From positions 15,517 through 79,516 of the forward strand of contig CALVMJ010000002.1 of the NCBI GenBank assembly GCA_944345365.1: a stretch of 64,000 bases of DNA, read 5' to 3'. Numbering within the stretch: position 1 is the first letter of the stretch; every line of letters starts with the position of its first letter. Source of the DNA: an uncultured Clostridia bacterium. Its GTDB lineage: Bacteria > Bacillota > Clostridia > Christensenellales > UBA1242. This document shows, piece after piece, positions 54,806-63,901 of this stretch. The notes under the pieces are model-generated. The model saw only the letters and a list, made by a program, of their open reading frames with translations. It was not told the origin of the DNA and made no database searches. The position numbers and the translations under genes were made by a program.

Positions 54806-54841
54806 AAAAAAAGACAGGGGGAATGCCCCCTTCTTTTTTTT
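54806..54841. terminator. Strong (bidirectional-looking) terminator
   Basis: A-run, GGGGG-aatg-CCCCC, then TTCTTTTTTTT. Confidence 0.85.
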
Positions 54842-54929
54842 GTTTATTGCGTTTCTTCTCAACAAAATACTCTAAAATTTGTAGAGTATTTTTTTTATGA
54901 TTGCATAGAATAGTGTTGTAGGAGATTTT

Positions 54930-55700
54930 ATGTGGGAGTATTCTATTAATATTAAAAACTCCAACCCCCAAATTATTTCCTATATATTTTCTGCTTCAAA
55001 GAAATATATAGAAAAATTAGGTGGTGTTGCGACTATATATGCCGAAAAAGAACATTCTTGGATAATTCTTGCAGTTAATGAGCAAAGCAAGGAAAAAGCT
55101 CAAAACTTTTTATGTAAGTGTTTGACAAGAGTAATTTGTAGTTTTTTTAAGACTGATTTTTTGGAGAAAAAATTAAATTTGCCAATTAAAGATAAAATGG
55201 AGGTTTTGGCTTTTAAAAAGGCACTTATCAATTTTGATAAAGAAACTGATTTTTATATTATTTCAAAAAATTTATCTTTTGATAGCGTGCTTTATCTTGA
55301 ATCTTTTTATAATTTCAGACTTATTAAGCTAAGAGACAAATGGGAGGAGCTTATCTCTCTTGCAAACGAGAACAAGGATTACCTCATAAATTCCGAATCT
55401 TTTTTCGATTTATTAAAATTTTTGGTGGATAATATTGACATTAATGAGCCGGAGATTGATATTATAGAAGGCGATGATGGTTACAGGATTTTTAGTGGAG
55501 ATGAAGAAAACTCAATGGAGGGGTTGACATCAGAAAATTTAATTTCTTCTGTAATAGATCTGTCCCCCCAAAAGATAAACTTATATTGCAAAAAGGAAAA
55601 TTGTGCTACTGATTTAATAAAAAGAATATACGAAAAGCGAGTTAATTTAAAATTTTCAAAGGAATCTAATAAAGAATGCTTAACTTTTTCAAAAATTTAA
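54930..55700 (+). CDS. ytxC: YtxC-like sporulation protein (by position)
   Basis: A 256-aa cytoplasmic protein immediately upstream of the thrS T-box, the conserved position of ytxC in Bacilli and Clostridia. Sequence similarity was not verifiable by eye. Confidence 0.4.
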   Translation: MWEYSINIKNSNPQIISYIFSASKKYIEKLGGVATIYAEKEHSWIILAVNEQSKEKAQNFLCKCLTRVICSFFKTDFLEKKLNLPIKDKMEVLAFKKALINFDKETDFYIISKNLSFDSVLYLESFYNFRLIKLRDKWEELISLANENKDYLINSESFFDLLKFLVDNIDINEPEIDIIEGDDGYRIFSGDEENSMEGLTSENLISSVIDLSPQKINLYCKKENCATDLIKRIYEKRVNLKFSKESNKECLTFSKI

Positions 55701-55708
55701 AATTTTGA

Positions 55709-55737
55709 TTGACTTTTTAAAAATTTTGTCATATACT
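55709..55737 (+). promoter_or_regulatory. Promoter of the thrS leader
   Basis: TTGACT (55709-14), 17-nt spacer, TATACT (55732-37). Confidence 0.65.
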
Positions 55738-55743
55738 TACCTT

Positions 55744-55943
55744 AACTTAATAGCTTAGTCAAAGACAAGTAGCTTTTTATGAGTTTTTACAGAGAGGGAT
55801 TGGTTGGTGAAAAATCTTAAAACAATTTAAAGTGAAACCACTTTGATGTTGATGGCAAAAAATATTAATAAGTGGCAATATGATTGCAATTAAGGTGGAA
55901 CCGCGGTTAATTAATCGTCCTTAGAGATTCTAAGGATTTTTTT
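55744..55943 (+). promoter_or_regulatory. T-box riboswitch leader, threonine specific
   Basis: Stem I elements AGAGAG and GGTGAAA. Specifier region GAA-ACC-A (ACC = Thr). T-box sequence AATTAAGGTGGAACCGCGG (55888-906). Terminator TCCTTAGA-gat-TCTAAGGA + T7 (55918-43). Confidence 0.85.
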
Positions 55944-55961
55944 ATTATTAAGGAGGTTATT

Positions 55962-57713
55962 ATGGAAAACGAATCATTACAAATTTCAAGACATTCAATG
56001 GCACACGTGCTTGCAAAGGCTGTTGTGGAATTATACCCAACGGCAAAATTAGCAATTGGACCTGCAATTGATAATGGGTTTTATTATGATATAGACTTAG
56101 ATGAAGCTTTGTCTCCATCAAATTTTTCTGTTATAGAGAAGAAGATGAAAGAAATAATTAACAAGGGTGGGGAGTTTAAAAGAAAAGAGATTTCTAAACA
56201 AGAGGCTCTTGATTTGTTTAAGGGAAATGAGTATAAAGAAGAAATCATTAAAGATCTTCCAGAAGGTGAAAAAATAAGCGTTTATTATTTAGGAGAGAAC
56301 TTCCTTGATTTATGCAGAGGCCCTCATGTTGAAAGCACTAGAAATCTTCAAAACTTTGCTTTTAAAATAGCAAAAGTCAATGGCGCTTATTGGCGAGGCA
56401 ACGAAAAAAACAAGATGCTACAAAGAATCTATGTTTATGGATTTTTAAACAAGCAACAGTTAAATGATTATATAAATAAAATGGCTGAGGCCGTCAAAAG
56501 AGATCACAACAAGCTTGGCAGAGAACTAGAACTGTTTACTACCGTGGATTATATCGGTCAAGGACTTCCTATTCTTCTTCCAAGAGGGGCAAAAATCATA
56601 CAGTTACTTCAAAGGTTTGTGGAAGATGAAGAAGAAAAAAGAGGCTGGCAACTCACAAAAACACCTTTCTTTGCAAAGAGTGACCTCTACAAGATTTCGG
56701 GGCATTGGGATCACTATAAAGACGGAATGTTTGTAATTGGTGACGAGAAAGAAGGGGAGGTTTTTGCATTAAGACCTATGACTTGTCCCTTCCAATATCA
56801 ATGTTACCTCAACAAGCCAAGGTCATATAGAGATTTGCCTTTAAGGTATAATGAAACCTCAACTCTTTTTAGAAATGAAGCAAGTGGTGAGATGCACGGG
56901 CTTATCAGGGTAAGACAGTTTACTATTTCGGAAGGGCATTTGATGTGCACGCCTGACCAACTTGAAGAGGAATTTAAAAACTGCCTAGAACTTGCAATTT
57001 ATATGTTAAAGACGCTTGGGCTTTATGAAGATGCTTCATATCGTTTTTCTCAATGGGATCCAAATAACACTGAAAAATATATCGGAACAAAAGAGCAATG
57101 GGATGAAGCTCAAAGTGCAATGAAAAACATCTTAGATCACTTGCAAATCCCTTATAGCATTGGAATAGGAGAAGCGGCATTTTATGGTCCAAAACTTGAC
57201 ATTCAAATAAAGAATGTTTGGGGGAAGGAAGACACCTTAATAACAATACAAATTGATCAACTTCTTGCCCAAAAATTTGGAATGGAATATACTGATAAAA
57301 ATGGATTAAAACAAAATCCTTATATAATTCACCGAACAAGTATTGGTTGTTACGAGAGAACTCTTGCTTATTTAATTGAAAAATATGCCGGAGCATTCCC
57401 TCTTTGGCTTGCACCAGAACAAGTAAAGGTTTTGGCTTTAACCGACAGAAATAATGATTATGCTTTAAAAATCGCCGAAAAGCTTAAATCGGAAGGATTA
57501 AGAGTCGAACTGGACACAAGAAATGAAAAAATTGGATATAAAATCAGGGAAGCGCTCTCAATGAAAATTCCTTACTTAGTTATTGTCGGAGATGAAGAGG
57601 AAGCAAATCAAACAATTTCCATAAGAGGCAGAGGGAATGAGAATAAATCTGGGCTAAATTTGTCAGATTTTGTAATAAGGCTAAAAGAAGAAATAAAAAT
57701 CAAGAAAATATAA
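55962..57713 (+). CDS. thrS: Threonine--tRNA ligase lacking the N-terminal TGS domain
   Basis: Starts within the editing/second-additional domain (RHSMAHVLAKAVVELYP). Class II core (FRNEASGEMHGLIRVRQFT, HRTSIGCYER) and C-terminal anticodon-binding domain. 583 aa. Confidence 0.95.
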   Translation: MENESLQISRHSMAHVLAKAVVELYPTAKLAIGPAIDNGFYYDIDLDEALSPSNFSVIEKKMKEIINKGGEFKRKEISKQEALDLFKGNEYKEEIIKDLPEGEKISVYYLGENFLDLCRGPHVESTRNLQNFAFKIAKVNGAYWRGNEKNKMLQRIYVYGFLNKQQLNDYINKMAEAVKRDHNKLGRELELFTTVDYIGQGLPILLPRGAKIIQLLQRFVEDEEEKRGWQLTKTPFFAKSDLYKISGHWDHYKDGMFVIGDEKEGEVFALRPMTCPFQYQCYLNKPRSYRDLPLRYNETSTLFRNEASGEMHGLIRVRQFTISEGHLMCTPDQLEEEFKNCLELAIYMLKTLGLYEDASYRFSQWDPNNTEKYIGTKEQWDEAQSAMKNILDHLQIPYSIGIGEAAFYGPKLDIQIKNVWGKEDTLITIQIDQLLAQKFGMEYTDKNGLKQNPYIIHRTSIGCYERTLAYLIEKYAGAFPLWLAPEQVKVLALTDRNNDYALKIAEKLKSEGLRVELDTRNEKIGYKIREALSMKIPYLVIVGDEEEANQTISIRGRGNENKSGLNLSDFVIRLKEEIKIKKI

Positions 57714-57763
57714 GTTAAATCATTTGCAAAAATTCTTTGTATATGTTAAAATTTGGAGGTAAA

Positions 57764-57838
57764 ATGACATTTGCAGAAATATTTATACCAATAGGCATAA
57801 TTATAATTTTGATCATTTTAGGATTTTATTTAAAGTAA
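57764..57838 (+). CDS. Candidate 24-aa hydrophobic micro-protein upstream of yajC (not in the ORF track)
   Basis: MTFAEIFIPIGIIIILIILGFYLK. GGAGGT (57756-61) lies just upstream of the ATG. It ends 12 nt before the yajC start. Confidence 0.4.
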   Translation: MTFAEIFIPIGIIIILIILGFYLK

Positions 57839-57850
57839 AAGGAGATTAAT

Positions 57851-58333
57851 ATGGGAGTAACTCAATGGGTTTTAATAGCTTTTATTGTTGTTTTGCTTAT
57901 TGCATATCCTCTTTTAATGTCAAGGAGAAACAAAATTGAAAATCAAAAGATGCAAGAACAAGCAAACAGCCTAAAAAGAGGTGATGAGGTTATAACATCA
58001 GCCGGAGTTTATGGCAAGGTGCTTGAAGTAAAACAAGACGGAGAGGCTAAAAAGGTGGTTATTGAAACAGGGAGTGACAAAAACAAAAGTTTCTTGACAG
58101 TGGACGCCTATTCTATTTATGCTGTTTTAAACAAAAAGCCAGCCGAGCCAGTTAAAGAAAAAAAAGAAGAGGTTAAAAACGAAGAATTAAAGAAAGAGCC
58201 ATCAGAAATAACAAACGAGTCAAAAGTTGTTGATGAAAAAAAAGAAGAGCCTAAAAAGGAAAAAACTTCTTTAAAAACATCAAAACCAAAGAAAGAAGTA
58301 AAAAATAAAGAAAAAAAAGCAAAGAGTGAGTAA
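57851..58333 (+). CDS. yajC: Preprotein translocase subunit YajC with long Lys/Glu-rich C-terminal extension
   Basis: N-terminal TM and YajC core LKRGDEVITSAGVYGKVLEV. About 70 extra charged residues. Confidence 0.85.
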   Translation: MGVTQWVLIAFIVVLLIAYPLLMSRRNKIENQKMQEQANSLKRGDEVITSAGVYGKVLEVKQDGEAKKVVIETGSDKNKSFLTVDAYSIYAVLNKKPAEPVKEKKEEVKNEELKKEPSEITNESKVVDEKKEEPKKEKTSLKTSKPKKEVKNKEKKAKSE

Positions 58334-58342
58334 ATTTATTAA

Positions 58343-58378
58343 AAAAGAACCTAACAAAGAAGTAAGGTTCTTTTTTTT
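58343..58378 (+). terminator. Rho-independent terminator after yajC
   Basis: AGAACCT / AGGTTCT stem followed by T8. Confidence 0.8.
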
Positions 58379-58433
58379 AATGTAATAATTTCTTAAGAAT
58401 TTTTAGCTCCCTAAAGATTTGTTAAATTGAGTA

Positions 58434-58462
58434 TTGACAACTATTGATTTTTATTTTACAAT
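58434..58462 (+). promoter_or_regulatory. Sigma-A-type promoter
   Basis: TTGACA (58434-39), 17-nt spacer, TACAAT (58457-62). Confidence 0.65.
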
Positions 58463-58486
58463 ATTGTAATAAAAAAAGGAGTGAAA

Positions 58487-59704
58487 GTGAATTTATTAAA
58501 AAAATTTTATTTAAAAAGAGTTGTTAACGAAGGTTTTAATCTTAAATACGTTCCTAAATCACTTAGAAAGGATAAGGATATTGTTTTGGGCGCTGTGAAA
58601 AAATATGCTTGGGGTTTTAGGCATGCTGATGAGTCTCTTAAAAAAGATAAAGAATTTGTTTTGTTGATTGTAAATGAATGTGGATACGCACTTAAAGATG
58701 TCGATGAATCTCTTAAAAAGGATATGGATGTTGTTAAAACTGCGGTCCAAAAAAATGGATATAGCCTTGAATTTGCTGATCAATCTTTAAGAAAAAATAA
58801 GGACATTGTTTTATTAGCTATAAAACAAGAGCCTAAAAGTCTTCAATTTGCAGATGACTCTCTTAGAAAAGATAAGGAAGTTGTTTTAGAAGCTGTAAAG
58901 AAAAATGGTATGGCTCTTGAGTTTGCAGATGATTCTCTTAAAAAAGATAAGGAAGTTGTTTTAAAAGCTTTAAAAAAGGACGGCTGTGCACTTAAATTTG
59001 CTGATAGATCTTTGTATAAAAATCAGGATATTATCAAATTTCTTATAAATAACTATGAACCTCCTGCTTTGAATTATTATTATGAAAATAATAGAGATTT
59101 AATTTTAGAGCTTATTAAAGAATGTCCTCAAATTTTTAAATATGTTAATGAATCTTTAAAGAATGATAGAGAAGTCGTTTTTACGGCTGTAAGTATCGAT
59201 GGAAAAAATCTTCAGTTTGCTAATAGTTCCCTTAAAAATGATAGAATAATCGTTCTTGAAGCACTTAAGAATAATAGGGTTGAAATTGGACAAATTGCAA
59301 ATAGTATATCCTCTAAATTAAAAAAAGAAGATCAAGAAATCAATTTTATATGTGAAAATAGTGAGATTATAAAACAAATTTATTTTAATCCAGAAATATT
59401 TTTACAGTTAACGACTGAACATTTTAAACATAAAGAATTTATATATATTGCTCTTGCAACAGTAAAAAGCTCTTTAAAGGATAACGTGAAAGATATGAAG
59501 GAATTTAGTGATGATTATACTAATGGTGTAAAAAAATTACTTAATTCCATTCAAGATAATACCAAAAAACAGATGGATATAATCGCTGAAGAAAAGAAGT
59601 TTCAAAAATTTCAAAAAGAGCAAGAAGAAAAAAAAGGTTTAGAAAACAAAGAAAAGCGAGAAGAAATTAACAAGTTTATCGATGATTTTGATTTAAATTT
59701 ATAA
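58487..59704 (+). CDS. DUF4116 repeat protein
   Basis: At least 7 tandem ~30-aa repeats of the form A(V/L)KKNG.AL.FAD.SLKKDKE(V/I)VL.A. The GTG at 58487 is better spaced from GGAG than the GTG at 58481. Charged C-terminal tail. Confidence 0.7.
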   Translation: MNLLKKFYLKRVVNEGFNLKYVPKSLRKDKDIVLGAVKKYAWGFRHADESLKKDKEFVLLIVNECGYALKDVDESLKKDMDVVKTAVQKNGYSLEFADQSLRKNKDIVLLAIKQEPKSLQFADDSLRKDKEVVLEAVKKNGMALEFADDSLKKDKEVVLKALKKDGCALKFADRSLYKNQDIIKFLINNYEPPALNYYYENNRDLILELIKECPQIFKYVNESLKNDREVVFTAVSIDGKNLQFANSSLKNDRIIVLEALKNNRVEIGQIANSISSKLKKEDQEINFICENSEIIKQIYFNPEIFLQLTTEHFKHKEFIYIALATVKSSLKDNVKDMKEFSDDYTNGVKKLLNSIQDNTKKQMDIIAEEKKFQKFQKEQEEKKGLENKEKREEINKFIDDFDLNL

Positions 59705-59789
59705 ATATTGATGGATTGTCAAAGTGAAAAAAAACTTTATTAAAATAGTTGAGGAAAAAATTGATAATATTCAAAAATCAATTAAGAAA

Positions 59790-59821
59790 AAAGGCTGATT
59801 AATAATTCAGTCTTTTTTTTG
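59790..59821 (+). terminator. Rho-independent terminator
   Basis: GGCTGA / TCAGTC (one G-U) stem followed by T8. Confidence 0.7.
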
Positions 59822-59879
59822 TTTAACTTTTTCATAATTATTGTTTTGCTAGCATACCTTATAGCAAAAAGGAGTGGCT

Positions 59880-60290
59880 ATGAAGATTAAAGCAACTAGC
59901 TTAAATGAAAAAAAGGGCCATTTGGCTGTTTCTGTTATTAAAGGTTCGCTGATAGCTTTATGTATTTCTTTGATTGGAATTTTGTTATTTGCGTTTTTAT
60001 TAAAGTTTACAAATATATCTGATGGATTAATAGTTCCTATTAACCAAGTAATCAAGGGAATAAGCATATTTTTGGGGGTTTTTATTGGCCTTAAAAATGA
60101 AAAAAAGATGGGGCTTGTTGGGGGATTTTTAGTTGGGTTAATCTACACAATTATAGCTTTTTTGTCATTTTCAATTCTAGATGGGAGCTTTTCTTTTGAT
60201 AAAACTTTGTTAAATGATGTAATATTTGGTTCTATTATTGGTGGAATTTGTGGGATAATATCAATCAATATTAAAAAATCTTCAAACTAG
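59880..60290 (+). CDS. TIGR04086/YrzE-like small membrane protein
   Basis: ATG 59880 lies 5 nt after GGAG. Four TM helices with Gly-rich segments (GLVGGFLVGLIYT, GSIIGGICGIIS). Adjacent to secDF as in Bacillus yrzE. Confidence 0.6.
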   Translation: MKIKATSLNEKKGHLAVSVIKGSLIALCISLIGILLFAFLLKFTNISDGLIVPINQVIKGISIFLGVFIGLKNEKKMGLVGGFLVGLIYTIIAFLSFSILDGSFSFDKTLLNDVIFGSIIGGICGIISINIKKSSN

Positions 60291-60301
60291 GCTAAAAAAG
60301 T

Positions 60302-60330
60302 TTGACAACTTTCCCTTATATAGCTATAAT
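60302..60330 (+). promoter_or_regulatory. Consensus sigma-A promoter of secD
   Basis: TTGACA (60302-07), 17-nt spacer, TATAAT (60325-30). Confidence 0.75.
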
Positions 60331-60357
60331 TAAAAAAGTAAAAATTAAGGGGAAGCA

Positions 60358-61734
60358 ATGACGAAGAAAAAAGCTAGAATAGGTTTTATAATTTTAGGAA
60401 TATTTACAATTATAGGAATAATACTTTCTGTTTGCAGTTTTAATATTCCTTTCACATATTCAAGATACAATGGTTTTGCAAATTCAATATCACTTGGCTT
60501 AGATTTGTCGGGTGGTATTTCTGCCGTTTATGACTGCTCGCTTTCCGATGACAGTGGGACAGGGGATTTGTCGAGTGCAATTGACGCTACAATAACAAGA
60601 CTTGAAGGAATTTTATATGGTGAAGGATTTTCCGAGGCAACAGTAACAAGGCAAGACAGCAGTAAAATTCGTGTTGAAGTTCCAAATCTTTCCGACTCAG
60701 AGGAGCTTTTTGATTTGATAGGAAAACCTGCATCGCTTTATATTTCAACAAACAGTTCATTCGATGTAAATGAGCCAGCAGGAGATTATGTTTCTGGAAA
60801 AAACATCAAAGATGTTTATGTGAGTTATAATAATGAAAACTCAAATTATGGTGTTGTGCTTAATTTTGATGAAACAGGGACTTCTTTGTTTTCTAAGATA
60901 ACAGAAGAAGCCTCAAATGGGGACAAGACTCTTTATATTAACATTGGAGATGATGAGCCATTGCAAGTTACTTGTGAAGAAAAAATGACACAGGGAACAA
61001 CTTTTGTTTATGGTGGTTCAATTCAAGACTACGAAAGTGCAAAAGAATATGCAATGATGATTATGAGTGGAACATTTAGTGCAAACCTCGAAATGGTTGA
61101 GTGTACTGTTGTTTCAGCAACTCTTGGTAAAAACGCATTGCTTTATGGAATTATTGCAGGTGGAGTAGCACTTCTTCTTGTTATGGGAATTATGTGGTGG
61201 AGATATGGCCGTTTAGGACTCCTTGCAAACTTTTCTTTAATTATATATATGATTTTAATGCTATTTTTCTTGCAAGCAATTCCTTTTATCCAATTAACTC
61301 TTCCAGGGATTGCAGGTATAATTCTTAGCATAGGAATGGCAGTTGACGGAAATGTCATCATTTTTGAAAGAATTAAAGAAGAGTATGCCTCAGGCAAGAA
61401 AATTCATCTTGCAGTTAAGGGAGGTTTTTCAAAAGCTTTTTGGCCTATTTTTGACTCAAACATTACAACAATTATAACATCAATAATCCTCTATATTTTG
61501 GGAACTGCGTCGATAAAAGGTTTTGCCTTGACCCTTCTTTTGGGCATAATTTTATCGATGTTCTCAACGCTTGTAATGACAAGAATCCTTGTGAAATGGG
61601 CTTTGCCATTTAATGCCAACAAGCCAAACAAACTTAAATTAAAAAGAAGTAAAAAAGACAAAGATGTTGCTATAATTGAAGAGGGCGGAGAAGACAAAAA
61701 TGTCCCTGAAAACGAAATTGTGGTGGAGGGATAA
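60358..61734 (+). CDS. secD: Protein translocase subunit SecD
   Basis: N-terminal TM, periplasmic-type domain (LGLDLSGG), and a C-terminal 5-TM bundle (LPGIAGIILSIGMAVDGNVIIFERIKEE). Confidence 0.93.
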   Translation: MTKKKARIGFIILGIFTIIGIILSVCSFNIPFTYSRYNGFANSISLGLDLSGGISAVYDCSLSDDSGTGDLSSAIDATITRLEGILYGEGFSEATVTRQDSSKIRVEVPNLSDSEELFDLIGKPASLYISTNSSFDVNEPAGDYVSGKNIKDVYVSYNNENSNYGVVLNFDETGTSLFSKITEEASNGDKTLYINIGDDEPLQVTCEEKMTQGTTFVYGGSIQDYESAKEYAMMIMSGTFSANLEMVECTVVSATLGKNALLYGIIAGGVALLLVMGIMWWRYGRLGLLANFSLIIYMILMLFFLQAIPFIQLTLPGIAGIILSIGMAVDGNVIIFERIKEEYASGKKIHLAVKGGFSKAFWPIFDSNITTIITSIILYILGTASIKGFALTLLLGIILSMFSTLVMTRILVKWALPFNANKPNKLKLKRSKKDKDVAIIEEGGEDKNVPENEIVVEG

Positions 61735-61737
61735 CCT

Positions 61738-62844
61738 ATGAAGAAATTTAAATTTAACAAAGAAAAATTATCCCTTGATAATTTGATTGAGAATTCAAAA
61801 TTTGACTATTGCAAAAACTTAAAGTGGATTATAATCGCACCCCTCGTTTTGATTTTTGTTGGCATAGTTTTGCTCTCAACAATCGGCTTTAACCTTGGTC
61901 TTGATTTTACTGGTGGATCTGTTTTAACCGTTTATTCAAATAACGGTGGTGAGATTTTGCAAGATGATGGCGTAACATCAGCAAAAAAATATGATTTAAG
62001 CAAAGACAGTGATTACAACCAATTTAAAAGAGAAATTGAAAATGTCTTAAAGAGTTGTGGAATAGGCGGAAATTTTGTTTTCCAAACAACAACAATTGAT
62101 ATCGATGACCTTGGCGTTTCTGATGGAGAAGCTGTTTTGGTTAAATATCAAAATATTGATGGAGCTACATCTGAGCAGATAACAGAAAAAAATCTTGAAA
62201 TAAAAGATGCCTTACTGGAAAGGTTTGGCTATGATATAGAAGTAGATTATGAAAAAGCGGTTGTTCTTGGAGGAGTTATAACTCCAACTGCAAGCCAAGA
62301 GTTATTGATGAAAGCTTTTATTGCTATGCTTGTTGCAATGCTTTTAATTTTAATCTACATTATTTTCAGATTTGAGCTTACAAGTGGATTTGCTGCAATT
62401 CTTGCACTTTTCCATGATTTGTTGGTGGTTACAAGCTTAATGCTTATTTTCAGAATAACCATTAACAGTTCCTTTATCGCAGCTATTGTTACGATTTTGG
62501 GATACTCAATCAATAACACCATTATTATATTTGACAGAATAAGAGAAAATATTAGAAGTGGCGTTTATGAAAAAGCTAGCAATAGTACCATTGCAAATAT
62601 TTCAGTTAAAGAGACAATGACAAGATCTGTTTACACAACATTAACAACATTTATAACAATCGCCTTAGTTGCAATAATTGGTGTGTCTGATATAAGAGAC
62701 TTTGCTCTTCCTATTGTTTTTGGTATTCTTGCAGGCTTCTATTCCTCAGTATTTATAACTCCTGGGTTATGGGCGATGGCTTACAGAGGATCAAAGAAAG
62801 CAAAGATTAAAATGCCAAAAGACAAAGAAAAATATGAAGTATAA
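61738..62844 (+). CDS. secF: Protein translocase subunit SecF
   Basis: GLDFTGGS, ALFHDLLVV, LGYSINNTIIIFDRIREN. Confidence 0.93.
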   Translation: MKKFKFNKEKLSLDNLIENSKFDYCKNLKWIIIAPLVLIFVGIVLLSTIGFNLGLDFTGGSVLTVYSNNGGEILQDDGVTSAKKYDLSKDSDYNQFKREIENVLKSCGIGGNFVFQTTTIDIDDLGVSDGEAVLVKYQNIDGATSEQITEKNLEIKDALLERFGYDIEVDYEKAVVLGGVITPTASQELLMKAFIAMLVAMLLILIYIIFRFELTSGFAAILALFHDLLVVTSLMLIFRITINSSFIAAIVTILGYSINNTIIIFDRIRENIRSGVYEKASNSTIANISVKETMTRSVYTTLTTFITIALVAIIGVSDIRDFALPIVFGILAGFYSSVFITPGLWAMAYRGSKKAKIKMPKDKEKYEV

Positions 62845-62851
62845 CATTAAA

Positions 62852-62883
62852 AAATTGCGAGTAAATGCTTGCAATTTTTTTTT
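62852..62883 (+). terminator. Rho-independent terminator after secF
   Basis: ATTGCGAG / CTTGCAAT stem (one G-U) followed by T9. Confidence 0.7.
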
Positions 62884-62897
62884 GGATATTATATAAT
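62869..62897 (+). promoter_or_regulatory. Promoter of rpsB-tsf
   Basis: TTGCAA (62869-74), 17-nt spacer, TATAAT (62892-97). This implies a 5' UTR of about 125 nt. Confidence 0.55.
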
Positions 62898-63030
62898 GTT
62901 TAAGTCATTGAGACAAATTAACACCCATTACTTATTTAACAGCCGTTGCCTGTGTTTTTCTCTCAAACAGAGGTTGTTGTTAGAGTTATGACAGAGTGGG
63001 GAAGACTAAAAACAAAAAGGAGGAAATAAA

Positions 63031-63900
63031 ATGTCGGTTATATCAATGAAAGAATTTTTAGAAGCCGGTGTGCATTTCGGACATCAAACCAGAAAATGGA
63101 ATCCAAAAATGAAACCTTACATTTTTATGGCAAGAAACGATATTCACATCATCAATCTTGAAGTTACTACTCAACAAGTCGATAATGCTTACAGCTTTAT
63201 TAGAGATGTTGTTGCTTTAGGAAAATCAATACTCTTTGTTGGAACAAAAAAGCAAGCACAGGAAGTTTTAAAAGAAGAAGCTGAAAGATGCGGAATGTTT
63301 TATGTTACAACAAGATGGTTGGGAGGAACACTTACCAATTTCAAAACGATCAGAACAAGAATTGACAGGCTTAACAAGCTAAATCAAATGGAAAAAGTGG
63401 GAGAATTTGACCTCCTACCTAAAAAAGAAGTTGCTCTTTTAAAAGCAGAAAGAGACAAACTTGAAAAGAACCTTGGTGGAATTAAAGAAATGAGAGAACT
63501 TCCAGGTGCGATTTTCGTAGTTGATCCATCTTGTGAACACATCTGCGTAAGAGAAGCTAAATCATTAAAAATCCCTATGGTTGGACTTGTTGACACAAAC
63601 TGTGATCCATCTGGAATCGATTATGTTATAGCTGGAAACGATGATGCTATCCGTTCTGTTAAATTAATTACAGCTGCCATGGCAGATGCTGTTATTGAAG
63701 CAAAGGAAGGTGTTGCACCAGCAAAAAAAGAAGAAGTAACTGAAGATGTTAACCTTGAAGAAGCTATGAAAGAAATGACTCTTATGGTTAAGGCAGAAGA
63801 CAAAGATAAAAAACCTGCAAAAAAACCTAGGGCAAAGAAGGTGGAAAAGGTTAAAGACGATCAGAAAGTTGAAGAAAAAACAGAAAAAGGAGAAGAATAA
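63031..63900 (+). CDS. rpsB: 30S ribosomal protein S2 with Lys/Glu-rich C-terminal extension
   Basis: [49 protein letters not shown] present. Confidence 0.96.
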   Translation: MSVISMKEFLEAGVHFGHQTRKWNPKMKPYIFMARNDIHIINLEVTTQQVDNAYSFIRDVVALGKSILFVGTKKQAQEVLKEEAERCGMFYVTTRWLGGTLTNFKTIRTRIDRLNKLNQMEKVGEFDLLPKKEVALLKAERDKLEKNLGGIKEMRELPGAIFVVDPSCEHICVREAKSLKIPMVGLVDTNCDPSGIDYVIAGNDDAIRSVKLITAAMADAVIEAKEGVAPAKKEEVTEDVNLEEAMKEMTLMVKAEDKDKKPAKKPRAKKVEKVKDDQKVEEKTEKGEE

Positions 63901-63901
63901 T

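Noticed and set aside
54601-54971. ORF-track ORFs 54642-54875 (+), 54601-54807 (-) and 54777-54971 (-)
   Set aside because: They lack SDs, and two of them read through the strong GGGGG/CCCCC terminator. The 54638-54796 frame has the ideal RBS and stops before the terminator.
59723-59797. 24-codon GTG-initiated ORF (VKKNFIKIVEEKIDNIQKSIKKKG) after the DUF4116 gene
   Set aside because: It has no SD, it runs into the terminator stem, and its composition matches the surrounding A-rich non-coding DNA.
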